Below are positions 37,675 to 47,471 of a stretch of DNA of 64,000 bases, piece after piece. A program made the translations under genes and the position numbers. Location: the NCBI GenBank assembly GCA_049515895.1, contig JBEKTQ010000008.1, positions 1 through 64,000 on the forward strand. Direction: 5' to 3'. The notes below the pieces were generated by a model, which had not been told where the DNA came from, ran no database searches, and worked only from the letters and a program-made list of their open reading frames with translations. Within the stretch, counting starts at the first letter, position 1; each line of letters starts with the position of its first letter. The DNA comes from Candidatus Bathyarchaeia archaeon. Its GTDB lineage: Archaea; Thermoproteota; Bathyarchaeia; Bathyarchaeales; Bathycorpusculaceae.

Positions 37675-38411
37675 TGAAACCCAAAGCAGCTTTCTTTGAT
37701 TTTGCAGGCTGTGAAGGAGACCAACTGCAAATAGCAAATCTCGAAGAAGATCTGTTAGCTTTGCTCAGCCAAGTCGACGTTGTAAGCTTCAGAGAGGTAA
37801 TGAAAGAACACAGCGACAACTATGATATCGCTTTTGTTGAAGGTTCCTGCACGAGACTGCAAGATGAAGATAGACTAAGACAAATTAGAAAAAACGCTAA
37901 AATCGTTGTTGCAATAGGTTCATGCGCAGCGATTGGCGGAATAAACTCCCTCAAGAATTACAAGGATTTGGATGGTGTAAAGAAAACTGTTTATGGCGAA
38001 AATGCAAGACTGTTTGACTCTTACGCCGCAAGAGCTATAGATGCAGTTATTCCAGTAGATGCCTACGTTTATGGTTGCCCGATCGATAGAGAAGATTTCT
38101 TGCAGGTGGTTAAATCACTGTTGCTGGGAAAGAAGCCTGATACCCCCACATATCCTGTTTGCGTCGAATGCAAAAAAAATGAGAACGTATGCGCTTTTGA
38201 GCGTGGTCAGTATTGTGTTGGACCAGTAACTAGGGCCGGCTGCAACTCATGCTGCGTTAATGAAGGCACAATTTGTTGGGGATGCCGCGGCTTGGTGGAT
38301 AATCCAAACGAGAACTCCCACAAAGAAGTTCTAATAAAATATGGTCAAACAGTCGATGATGCAATAAACAAGTTTAGGTTATATTTCGGTTGGCAGGAGG
38401 CAAAAAGATGA
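37674..38411 (+). CDS. Group 3b hydrogenase small (delta) subunit
   Basis: GCEGDQLQ, GSCA, YGCP, PVCVECK, CVGPVTRAGC, CWGCRG. Confidence 0.9.
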   Translation: MKPKAAFFDFAGCEGDQLQIANLEEDLLALLSQVDVVSFREVMKEHSDNYDIAFVEGSCTRLQDEDRLRQIRKNAKIVVAIGSCAAIGGINSLKNYKDLDGVKKTVYGENARLFDSYAARAIDAVIPVDAYVYGCPIDREDFLQVVKSLLLGKKPDTPTYPVCVECKKNENVCAFERGQYCVGPVTRAGCNSCCVNEGTICWGCRGLVDNPNENSHKEVLIKYGQTVDDAINKFRLYFGWQEAKR

Positions 38412-39712
38412 AAAATTCAAATGTAGAAGTAAACGTCCACCATGTAACCAGAGTTGAAGGACATGGAAACATCTCCGTAAATATTAAAGACGGCATCGTA
38501 GAGAAATGCGAGTGGAGCATTCCAGAAGCACCAAGGTTTTTCGAAGCCATGGTTGTCGGCAGGTCATGGTACGAACTGCATCACATTACCTCTCGAATAT
38601 GCGGCATCTGCTCAATTGGTCATACGCTTGCTTCGCTAAAAGCCACAGAATCAGCCTTAGGAGTAACAATTAGTGAACAGGATTTGAAACTTAGAAAGCT
38701 AGCGTTGCACGGCGAAAACATGCAAAGTCACGTTTTACATTTAGGTTTCCTCGTTCTTCCAGATTTGATGGGCGTAGGTTCAGTCATTCCGCTTGCCTCG
38801 ACGAACCCTGCAGAGGTTAAGATAGTTCTCAAACTTCACAGAATTGCAAATGAAATGTCAAACTTAATTTGCGGTAGAACAACACATCCGCAAAGACTAA
38901 TTCCGGGTGGATTTTCGAAAATTCCTTCAATGAATGAATTGACAACTCTCAGAAAGAAACTGCAAGATTCTATTCCTAATCTTCAAACCGTCGCAGGACT
39001 ATTCAAAAGCTTGGAAAGTAAGTTACCTAATTTCAAAAGAGAAACAGAATTCATTGCCCTAACTGACCCCAACGAGTACGCACTTTACGACGGGAAACTC
39101 GGCTCAACCGATACAGCCAGCGCACCAGTGAAAGAGTACCTTTCATACACCAACGAGTATATTGTACCGCAATCAACCGCGAAATGGGCGAAACATGCCC
39201 GCGGTTCATACATGGTTGGCGCTTTAGCTAGATTTAATCTCAATCATGATCGATTATCTCCAATGGCCAAAAAGACAGCTGCAACATTCAATCTTTCACC
39301 TGTTTGCTATAATCCTTTCATGAATAGTATTGCACAACTTGTAGAATTGGTTCACAGCTGGGAAGATTCGATACGACTTATAAACGAACTTGAAGATAAG
39401 GGCTTGACCACTCAATCCGAGTACAACAAACCAGAAATCAAGGTAAAAGCAGGTACAGGAGTCGGCGCGGTAGAAGTTCCTAGAGGAATACTGTTCCACG
39501 ATTACACTTACAATGCTAATGGAGTATGTACAAGAGCCAACTGCGTAATCCCAACTAACCAAAATCACGCAAATATTCAGTTAGACATGAACGCTCTTGT
39601 GCCACAGATTGCAGATAAACCCCAAAAAGAGATTGAGTTAACACTGGAAATGTTAGTACGGGCTTACGATCCATGCATATCCTGTTCAACGCATGTAACA
39701 AAAATCAACTAG
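38408..39712 (+). CDS. Group 3b [NiFe]-hydrogenase large (alpha) subunit
   Basis: VTRVEGHG, EAPRFFE, RICGICSIGH, YDPCISCSTH plus a 5-aa tail. Confidence 0.92.
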   Translation: MKNSNVEVNVHHVTRVEGHGNISVNIKDGIVEKCEWSIPEAPRFFEAMVVGRSWYELHHITSRICGICSIGHTLASLKATESALGVTISEQDLKLRKLALHGENMQSHVLHLGFLVLPDLMGVGSVIPLASTNPAEVKIVLKLHRIANEMSNLICGRTTHPQRLIPGGFSKIPSMNELTTLRKKLQDSIPNLQTVAGLFKSLESKLPNFKRETEFIALTDPNEYALYDGKLGSTDTASAPVKEYLSYTNEYIVPQSTAKWAKHARGSYMVGALARFNLNHDRLSPMAKKTAATFNLSPVCYNPFMNSIAQLVELVHSWEDSIRLINELEDKGLTTQSEYNKPEIKVKAGTGVGAVEVPRGILFHDYTYNANGVCTRANCVIPTNQNHANIQLDMNALVPQIADKPQKEIELTLEMLVRAYDPCISCSTHVTKIN

Positions 39713-40016
39713 CAACAACAGTCTAAGCGACCAAACTTAATCAAAAACGTAGAGATCTGCAGAAGCGATCCACAGGACACACACAAATATAAGCAAACAA
39801 TTAGCAATCGACCAACACATTCTTCAATTTTTTCATGAGTTTCAATGGTTGAATACGAATAGATGATCCAAGCCACTTTCTTTGAGGCACCGAAAAATTT
39901 TTGCGAATTCCGCCTAAAGAGCGGACCTTTTGAGACACACTCAATAGCTTTCAGGTCTCTAAGCTCATTATTTGGTTTGAAAGACCGACTGAGGACCAAA
40001 TTCAAGTGAACGAATT

Positions 40017-40334
40017 TTAAAGATCCAAGTCGTTTAGAAATTTCCAAAAATCCTCAATGGATCTAATGATTCTAATCTCAAGATAAGAAGAAACCAAGTC
40101 TTCTTTTTCACTAACCGGCCCCTTGAAATAACCGAGGGTATGAGGATAATTCTTTTCGAACTCGGGTGTGTCTACAATTTCCGTTAGACAGACTTTTGTT
40201 CTTGCTCCGCGCTTGTTTAGATCTGTAAACTCCACGGAGTAATACAGGTATTTTCTGCCTTGATTTCCCGTGCTGGGAAAAAAGATTAGCCAATTCATCT
40301 CTTGAAGATGAAAAGTTTTCCAGCTTTCTTGCAA
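40017..40334 (-). CDS. Hypothetical protein (105 aa)
   Basis: TTG start after GAGGT; protein-like composition. Confidence 0.6.
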   Translation of the reverse strand: MQESWKTFHLQEMNWLIFFPSTGNQGRKYLYYSVEFTDLNKRGARTKVCLTEIVDTPEFEKNYPHTLGYFKGPVSEKEDLVSSYLEIRIIRSIEDFWKFLNDLDL

Positions 40335-40566
40335 CGACTACTTAGACCTCAAAACTAAATGCAACCACCAATTAATTAGCGTACCCTTTCCAAGTCTGTT
40401 AATCAATATTCGCACCAAACACTAACACTTTTAAAACTTCCCCAAACGAAGCGTTAGAAAGCGACGCATACATCTACATGACTTCTACTATTCCGTTTTA
40501 GATATCCATGCAAACAAAATCACTTTTTTCTTTGAAAGCTCAATTGCAAACGGTGCCTCTTAACGA

Positions 40567-41253
40567 CTAGGTTCTAGCTTTGCATAGAATGGAAATCCCA
40601 AACAAGTAATTTGCTCTTGATTCGAAAAAGAGCAGTTTCTCAAGAAGTTTGGATAGTGTGGTTATGTTTGATACTTTTTCATGTGGATAGTCTCTTTTGG
40701 ATATCTTGGTCAAAACTGTGACGGGGAAAGCAAGCAAATTCCAGTGTCTGAAATATTCGATTTTGAATCCTGCTGCTTTAAGCTTGGTCTTAAGCTCGTT
40801 ATCAGAATATCTTCTTTTATGTCCCAGGGCGACGTCGTGTTTGCCAAACAAAAAAGGGTATGACGGCACGTTAACCACGATGCAACCGTTAGTTTTTAGC
40901 ATGTTGTGGATTTTTTTCATCACTGAATTGTCATTTTCAATATGCTCCAGCACATCGCCAAGAATTATACAGTCAAATTTCTCATCTATTTTCGAATAGG
41001 TAATGTCTGACAAGAATGCTGCAATGCCTTTCTTTTTTGCAATTTCAACGGCCTTCCAATCGGTATCTGTTGCCACTACGCTGTAGCCTCTATCTAAAAG
41101 GGTTTTGGACAGTCGTCCTGACCCGCAGCCGACATCCAAGACCCTTGCACCTTCAACGAGATCTAAAATTAGTTTGACTTTTACTTTGCTCCAAAAGTCG
41201 TTTTCTTCGATTCGTTCTAGGTCTTCTGCGTGACTATGTACGTTTTTAGCCAT
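40567..41253 (-). CDS. Class I SAM methyltransferase (type found in glycan loci)
   Basis: LDVGCGSG, DVLEHIE, VNVPSY...HD...GHKRRY. Confidence 0.9.
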   Translation of the reverse strand: MAKNVHSHAEDLERIEENDFWSKVKVKLILDLVEGARVLDVGCGSGRLSKTLLDRGYSVVATDTDWKAVEIAKKKGIAAFLSDITYSKIDEKFDCIILGDVLEHIENDNSVMKKIHNMLKTNGCIVVNVPSYPFLFGKHDVALGHKRRYSDNELKTKLKAAGFKIEYFRHWNLLAFPVTVLTKISKRDYPHEKVSNITTLSKLLEKLLFFESRANYLFGISILCKART

Positions 41254-41924
41254 AATTTGAGAACACCCTTCCCCATTTTTAAGGTGTCATTAACAAGGTT
41301 AAGCTTTGAATCGGGCTTATAACTCCAAGTTACAGGCACCTCTTTTATCGTGTACCCGTTTCTCTTGCATTTAAACAACAGTTCAGCATCGAACTCGAAT
41401 CCGTTGCTTTCAACAGTATGAAGCACGTTTTGTAGGGCTTCTCTTTTGAAGGCTTTGCAGCCGCATTGGGTATCCTTCACGTTAAGATTGAACAGGGCAT
41501 TAAATATGTGAGAGAAAGCTTTACCCGCGAACACTCTTACAAGCGGAGGGTAAACCAAAATTCTTGTTCCATAAACCTCTCTTGAGGCAACAGCAACATC
41601 ATTTTGACCTACCCATGAAGCTACTTTCTCAACGTCTGAAATTGGTACAGGAAGATCTGAGTCAAGCAGCATAACGACTTCTCCTTGAGAGTTTTGAACA
41701 CCTTTCTTGAATGCTCCGCCTTTCCCAAGCCTCTTGGTTGATGTTATAAGTTTAATAACCGATGAATTTCTGGAAAATTGGGCCACAATATTGTTTGTTT
41801 TATCATTACTTTCAGACACGACTAGAATTTCACAAGACCCGTTGAATCGTTCCACCAAGCACTCCAAAGTACGCTTAATCCTTTTCTCCTCATTGTATGC
41901 GGGTACCACAATTGACAATTTCAT
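41217..41924 (-). CDS. GT2 polyprenol-phosphate glycosyltransferase (ALG5/DPM1-like)
   Basis: IVVPAYNEE, GKGGA, LDSD, DTQCGCKAF, FEFDAELL, EVPVTW. Confidence 0.92.
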   Translation of the reverse strand: MKLSIVVPAYNEEKRIKRTLECLVERFNGSCEILVVSESNDKTNNIVAQFSRNSSVIKLITSTKRLGKGGAFKKGVQNSQGEVVMLLDSDLPVPISDVEKVASWVGQNDVAVASREVYGTRILVYPPLVRVFAGKAFSHIFNALFNLNVKDTQCGCKAFKREALQNVLHTVESNGFEFDAELLFKCKRNGYTIKEVPVTWSYKPDSKLNLVNDTLKMGKGVLKLWLKTYIVTQKT

Positions 41925-42133
41925 GTTTTGGCACTTGCCAACTTTTTTAAGGCACGCTTGGTTCCAATACATTTCAAGCTGCTACAATAAGACTCTTTTG
42001 GGTAAAAAACTGAATGCTCCTCTGCAATGTAGAAGAAAAGCAGATTTAACAAACGCTTTTTTACAAGGTATGAAATAATGCTTTTCCTTAGGGAGAGGCG
42101 CTGACCATTAAACAATTAAGCCCGCAGGGTTCA

Positions 42134-43759
42134 ATGCAACATTCAAGCGACATATCCAAAGTGTCTCGACTGAAACTGGCAATCAAAGCTAACAAGTGGC
42201 GGCTATCTTTTCTCGTCTTCGCAGTTTTCTACGCTTACCTGCTAACCCTGAGCATTGGTTACATGAGTCCCCAATGGGACGAAATGCCTCACCTCTTCGG
42301 CGGTTTACTCTTAGTTCGAGGACAAACACATACGTATCTTACAACGTATGGCTATTACCCGCCACTTTTTGACCTCATTACAACAGGGTACATGCAAATC
42401 ATCGGCATAACTACCGCTGCTGGCAGATTGGTTTCTGTGACCTTTGCTTTGCTCGCCATCTGGGCTGTATTTGAGTTAGGCACCAAAATGTACGGCCCGA
42501 AGAATGCTCTGCTCGCAAGCATTTTTCTCGGCACAACGCCTGGTTTTTTTTGGGTTTCAAGAGTAACAATGCTTGAAACAATCCTTATCTTCTTCTTTAC
42601 TGCGTTAATGTTTGTTTTCTATTCTTGGATAACCAGAAACAACTACAAAGCGCTAGTTTTCAGCGGCATAGTCTTGGGCATAGGTATCCTGGCGAAATAT
42701 CAAATGGCAGTAGCAGCCGTAGCAATGGCACTCAGCGTACTGACTTTGTCTAGAAAGCGATTGAAGATAAACTTGGCCAAACTCATAGTGATCTTCGTAA
42801 TCGCAATATTGGTCGTAGCACCATGGTTTTTAATGGTTTATCAAATTGATGGACAAACGAAATTCCAAACCATAACATCTGTCTTGGAGAGCGGGTCCCA
42901 AAATACGCCGGCATACAGCAACCGATTTTTTATTCCAGTTTACTACCTGGTTGAACTCACCTCGCCATTCCAAGACATCGCAGTTCACCCGATCTCAATT
43001 CCCATAATGATTCTAGGCTTGGCTGGCTTGGGCTTGTTTGCCTACAGAAGAAAAAAACAAGATATCTTCCTGCTAACATGGTTCTTGGCAGTTTACGTTT
43101 TCTTTACAGTAATTCCGAACAGACAATGGCGCTATGTCGACTCAGTCTTTCCGATTTTAGCTATCTCAGCTGCAGGTTTCCTCATTTTTCTTTATGGAAA
43201 GATCCATTCGTGGCAGTCCATGCAAATGAATCCGGGAAGAATCTCGGTCAATAAGTTGGCAGCGGCACTTTTCATTTTCCTTGCTGCATCAACGATTCTC
43301 TACTCTGCTAACGATGCATACCAAATGACCATTCGAGACGAAACATCTATTCCAATAGCAGAAACTACGACCTATCTAGCCAATCACTTAGATCAGAACC
43401 AGTCAGCTGTGCTTGTTTGTTCTTTCAACCTTTTAGACCAAGACATGTTCCGTTTTTACTTGCCTGCCAACATGTCAACAAACCAGATTTGGCAATACCC
43501 TAGCTTAGCAGTTGACGCTTACACAATCGACTTCAACATCACCCAATTCATAAACCTGTGCGAACAACGCAACGTAAAATACTTAATCCTGTACGATTAC
43601 GGTTCGAACACCCAGTTCTACAACACCACACTAACCTATGCAGACATTCTACAGATTATCTACAACACCGGTAGGTTCGGCGTCCCAACGGACCAGCCAT
43701 TCTTCGGCCAAATGCCCAACAGACTCTTCTTAGTACGGTTTAACCAAACCCAAACTTAA
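42134..43759 (+). CDS. GT39/GT83 (PMT/ArnT-like) membrane glycosyltransferase
   Basis: WDE, YPPLF, GILAKY and RY motifs; many TM helices. Confidence 0.85.
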   Translation: MQHSSDISKVSRLKLAIKANKWRLSFLVFAVFYAYLLTLSIGYMSPQWDEMPHLFGGLLLVRGQTHTYLTTYGYYPPLFDLITTGYMQIIGITTAAGRLVSVTFALLAIWAVFELGTKMYGPKNALLASIFLGTTPGFFWVSRVTMLETILIFFFTALMFVFYSWITRNNYKALVFSGIVLGIGILAKYQMAVAAVAMALSVLTLSRKRLKINLAKLIVIFVIAILVVAPWFLMVYQIDGQTKFQTITSVLESGSQNTPAYSNRFFIPVYYLVELTSPFQDIAVHPISIPIMILGLAGLGLFAYRRKKQDIFLLTWFLAVYVFFTVIPNRQWRYVDSVFPILAISAAGFLIFLYGKIHSWQSMQMNPGRISVNKLAAALFIFLAASTILYSANDAYQMTIRDETSIPIAETTTYLANHLDQNQSAVLVCSFNLLDQDMFRFYLPANMSTNQIWQYPSLAVDAYTIDFNITQFINLCEQRNVKYLILYDYGSNTQFYNTTLTYADILQIIYNTGRFGVPTDQPFFGQMPNRLFLVRFNQTQT

Positions 43760-43762
43760 CCC

Positions 43763-44209
43763 CTAGCCCACTTCCAAAAGTTCAAAACCAGTTACGTCAT
43801 CTTTCGCCCTCCTAGCAGATGCCCCGGCAAGCTCAAGAATGACAATTTCGCCAATTTGCCAAACGTCTACGCCCAAGCGCACGCAGCCTGTAACCGCAGT
43901 GTCGTTTCTTCCAAAACTGGCGTGCATGTGGAGTTTTGGTTTGCCTTTTTCATCTGGGAAGAGTGTTCCCACGCCGCATGCTTCGTGGACGCCTTTAAGC
44001 AGGGTTACCATGGGTTCAGGAGGAAGCACCGCTCCATCTTTTGGTCCCACTACAACTTTGCTTTTGTCTTCCGCACCGCCCAAAAAGAAGCACAGTCCAC
44101 TTAAAATTTTTTTTCCGGAAGCAAATTTTTCTATTACTTCGTGAATGTGCTCTCCCTGACAAAGTCTGAGAATGAAGACTCTTCCCAAGTTTGCTTCGGC
44201 ATAATCCAA
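43763..44209 (-). CDS. PPC domain (DUF296) protein
   Basis: GRVFILRL..GE, GVGTL, KLHMHASFG; TTG start after GGAGG. Confidence 0.88.
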   Translation of the reverse strand: MDYAEANLGRVFILRLCQGEHIHEVIEKFASGKKILSGLCFFLGGAEDKSKVVVGPKDGAVLPPEPMVTLLKGVHEACGVGTLFPDEKGKPKLHMHASFGRNDTAVTGCVRLGVDVWQIGEIVILELAGASARRAKDDVTGFELLEVG

Positions 44210-44309
44210 GTCTACAGACCCTCCTAACGCATTAAGCCGATGGTAATCAAGTATAAAAGAATTAAAGCGCATGAAAAAATGTTTTATGAACCGAGCGCTG
44301 TATTTTGGC

Positions 44310-44474
44310 TTATATCCTGTTCAGGTAAAGTGTTTTCTTGGCTTCTTCTTTTCTCTTTTGCAATGGCACATTTTGCTTGCTTTGCGCTGTAATAACCGCG
44401 CATCCAGTAGGGACGCTGTCGGCTAGCAGCTTGCATTTTTGGGTGGATTGTGCCTCTGCGCTTTCTTTAGTCAT
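44310..44474 (-). CDS. Possible small basic protein (54 aa)
   Basis: MTKESAEAQSTQKCKLL...KKTLYLNRI with AGAGGT upstream; no recognisable motif. Confidence 0.3.
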   Translation of the reverse strand: MTKESAEAQSTQKCKLLADSVPTGCAVITAQSKQNVPLQKRKEEAKKTLYLNRI

Positions 44475-44620
44475 AATTTAAACCTCTTTGATGTTCCCCA
44501 TCGGTATTAAAGCAAGCTTATAAACGTTATCCTGATTTTAGAAGGGTTATTTTGAATACCTCAAATTATCGAACGAAACTAATTTGGGTGCAAAGTGTTA
44601 CTTATGCTAACCTCTACATT

Positions 44621-45217
44621 TTACCTTCTAAAACGGTCATTTTTCCATACGTCTGCACTGTCACTGTAGCCACGTCGCTCCCAGAAACCTAAAGCTTTAC
44701 CTCTGGTAAACTGCAAATGCACCACCCACAAAGCGCTTTTGTAGGCATATTTGCTTGGAACTACGAGGCGCACAGGAAACCCGTAGCCTTCTTCAAGAAC
44801 TTGATCATTAAGCTTGTAGGCCAAAAGCACATCGTTCCCTTGGAGCTCCTCTCGGAAAAGCGAAGTTGTATATGAGTCTGCTGATTCAAAAGTTACAGCT
44901 TTAGCGACATCTTTCGGCTTAGCGAGTTTTTCGATTTCTCGGATGCTTACGCCTTCCCATTTGCAGTCCGGAACGCTCCAGCCCTCCACACAATGGAAAT
45001 CGCTAATTGAAACGGTTTTGGGCAGCTTCATGAAGTCATTCCAGCTGAGCGCGACTTGGTTTTCTACTTCTCCGTCAATCGTTAACGTATAAGTTTCAAG
45101 TTTAAGCTGAGGATTAGTTGAGGTTATGCCTGGATGATCAATCTCCCAACGTAACAGGCGACCAGTCGCATGTTGGTCAGGCGGCAGTTTTTTCTTGTTC
45201 GGCTGTTTGAAATTCAA
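44621..45217 (-). CDS. Molybdopterin-binding oxidoreductase (YuiH/sulfite oxidase-like)
   Basis: LPPDQ, DFHCVEGWS, YTTSL, GFPVRLVVP.KYAYKSA, GFWERRGY. Confidence 0.9.
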   Translation of the reverse strand: MNFKQPNKKKLPPDQHATGRLLRWEIDHPGITSTNPQLKLETYTLTIDGEVENQVALSWNDFMKLPKTVSISDFHCVEGWSVPDCKWEGVSIREIEKLAKPKDVAKAVTFESADSYTTSLFREELQGNDVLLAYKLNDQVLEEGYGFPVRLVVPSKYAYKSALWVVHLQFTRGKALGFWERRGYSDSADVWKNDRFRR

Positions 45218-45270
45218 AGATGTGACCTATAAATCTAAAAGGTTCGCAACAATAAAAGTTTGCTCAGGTT

Positions 45271-46374
45271 TTAGCTTGCCTGGAAGAAATGTGTCAGCTG
45301 CTTCTGACGTCGCTCTTCCCTGCTGAACCCTGAGACTTTAACACCAACCCTTCGAACTTCGAGCGGGGTTTCATCTAAGAATTTTTCAAACAATTCCCCC
45401 ACGTTTCTGTCGATTGTTACTTTGTCTTTGGCTGGTTGCTCAAGCGTTACGGATCTAGTTTTGCTGCTTAAGTCGGTAAGAACAACGTAGATCGCCACCT
45501 GCCTAAAACTCAAATTCCTCACTGCAACGTCTTTCGCGACGTCTTCGGTTAGCTCAGCGGTTTTCTGGAGGATAAAAGCCAGGTCACGAGAATCCTGCTT
45601 CAAGGTACCGATTCTACTTATGGATTCAGCTTCGCCCTGCTCGTGAACAGGCTCATTATCAATAGCGTTGGCTGCGTTATGGAAGTAGACGCCCAGTATT
45701 TTTCCCCATATAGCCACGAGTCGCTGCACGTCAAAGATGGCTAGGTCTCCAACTGTTTTGATGCCTAAAGACTCCATAACTGCTGAGGTCTTCTTCCCGA
45801 CACCTAAGATTCGATCAACTGCTAACGGCGCAAGAAAAATCTTTGCTTCCTCAGGTCTCACTACGGTTAAGCCATCGGGTTTTTGGCTGTCGCAAGCAAT
45901 TTTGGCCACAAGCTTGTTTGTTCCAACGCCAATTGAAAAAGAAATTCCCACTTTACTCTTAACTTCATCTTTTATTATTTGCGCGTACTCCTTAGCCCTA
46001 TCAAAACTGCCTTGAACCTGCTCCGTAACATCCAGGTATGCCTCGTCAATGCTGACCTGCTCAAGGCTTGTTGCGTAGGTCTTGAGAATCTGCATGATGC
46101 GATTGCTTATTTGCTCGTAATATTCGTGGTCAACTGGCAGGAAAACTGCGGTGGTTCCCTCAAGCTTCCGCTTAGCCATAAATAGCGGCATGCCTGACTT
46201 AACGGCGTATTTTCTGGCTATGTAGTTGCTGGTGCTAACGGCTCCGCTTTCTTCCGTACGTCCTGAGTAGACGCCAACAACAACGGGTTTATCTTTGAGG
46301 GTTGGGTTGCGGAGCTCCTCGCATTGCGCAAAGAAATAGTCGAAATCCACAAGCATAACCACACGGTTCTGCAT
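45271..46374 (-). CDS. dinB: DNA polymerase IV (Y family)
   Basis: VDFDYFFAQCE, NYIARKY, SIDEAYLD, KPDG, VRRVGV. Confidence 0.95.
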   Translation of the reverse strand: MQNRVVMLVDFDYFFAQCEELRNPTLKDKPVVVGVYSGRTEESGAVSTSNYIARKYAVKSGMPLFMAKRKLEGTTAVFLPVDHEYYEQISNRIMQILKTYATSLEQVSIDEAYLDVTEQVQGSFDRAKEYAQIIKDEVKSKVGISFSIGVGTNKLVAKIACDSQKPDGLTVVRPEEAKIFLAPLAVDRILGVGKKTSAVMESLGIKTVGDLAIFDVQRLVAIWGKILGVYFHNAANAIDNEPVHEQGEAESISRIGTLKQDSRDLAFILQKTAELTEDVAKDVAVRNLSFRQVAIYVVLTDLSSKTRSVTLEQPAKDKVTIDRNVGELFEKFLDETPLEVRRVGVKVSGFSREERRQKQLTHFFQAS

Positions 46375-46379
46375 GAGCG

Positions 46380-47249
46380 TCAGGTCCCCTTCGCCTTAGG
46401 CATAAGCCAAGAACCATCGCATGGCGCAGTGTTTAACTCAGTTAAGCCTTCCCTGCAAACCCCAAACCTCATTCCATGAGCCACCGCCAAGTCACGGATA
46501 CTTTTCAAAAGCTTGAACCTGACCTCTCTTGGCAAAAGCGTGTTGCCGCCGATTTTTTCGCCCTGTTGGAAATAGAGTGGTTTAAGCTTCTCCGCAACTT
46601 TTGGTAGTGCTTGGGTGAGCCGTATCCAATTGTCTGGTTTGGCCTTGTAAGTTGAACAAGTTAAATGTTTGACGCCTATGCACTCCAAATCCGCGATAAG
46701 TTCTTCCGGCTGATCATTCACGAGAGGTATGATAGGGTCTAACCTTACGGATACGGGTATGCCTGCTTTTACCAAGTCCTGAGCTGCCCTGAGGCGCAAA
46801 GAAGGCAAGGGCGCAAACGGCTCGATAAGCCTCGCTAAATGCTCGTCTTCGGTTGTTATGGTCAACGCAACAGTTGACGGCATATTGCTGAGTAAATCGT
46901 TATCTCGTGTTACCAAGTTGCTTTTTGTAATTATTTGAATTTTGCACTTGCTCCCGGCGAGGATTTCGAGACTTCGCCTAGTCAGGCCTTCTGAAGCTTC
47001 CACGCGTGGGTAAGGGTCTGAAGAGTTGGATAACGATATGGTTTCGCCATTAAGCTTCGCCGCTTCTCGCTTCAAAATGGTAAGTAAGTCCTTTTTCGGC
47101 TTGCAATCCTTGAAGTTTGGAATGTAGCTGGAGGCGTAGCAGTAGATGCATTTGTGGTCGCATCCTGTGTAAGGGTTAAAGGTAAGTTTTGGCGGGCAAG
47201 TACACAGTCCACTTTGCCATGGATCAAACTTCGCGATTAACGGCACCAT
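46380..47249 (-). CDS. Radical SAM protein (spore photoproduct lyase-like family)
   Basis: NPYTGCDHKCIYCYA, SSDPYP, ITKS, RLDPIIP. Confidence 0.88.
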   Translation of the reverse strand: MVPLIAKFDPWQSGLCTCPPKLTFNPYTGCDHKCIYCYASSYIPNFKDCKPKKDLLTILKREAAKLNGETISLSNSSDPYPRVEASEGLTRRSLEILAGSKCKIQIITKSNLVTRDNDLLSNMPSTVALTITTEDEHLARLIEPFAPLPSLRLRAAQDLVKAGIPVSVRLDPIIPLVNDQPEELIADLECIGVKHLTCSTYKAKPDNWIRLTQALPKVAEKLKPLYFQQGEKIGGNTLLPREVRFKLLKSIRDLAVAHGMRFGVCREGLTELNTAPCDGSWLMPKAKGT

Positions 47250-47319
47250 TTTCCCTTACGGTTACTTATGCGATTGAGGTAAACAAAAAGGATTCGCAAC
47301 AAGAACGAGGTTTGAAGCC

Positions 47320-47421
47320 CAAAACCGCTTGCTTAAGTTCAGATGGGGAACCGCCAGTTATAATCTTGCCGTGGTTGATGATGGAGAGTTGCCGGCAGAG
47401 TCTGTCTGCCTCCTCCAGGTA
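47320..47421 (-). pseudogene. Fragment of an ABC transporter ATPase (DrrA/NodI type)
   Basis: Minus-strand frame YLEEADRLCRQLSIINHGKIITGGSPSELKQAV matches the segment after the H-loop; no upstream ATPase sequence. Confidence 0.75.
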
Positions 47422-47471
47422 CCATTTACATTCGCTGAAACAATAATGTCAAAAAATCCGACAAAATCTTC

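Noticed and set aside
26299-39712. Selenocysteine or pyrrolysine recoding in the hydrogenase and Hdr genes
   Set aside because: All metal-ligand positions are sense codons and I saw no in-frame TGA or TAG.
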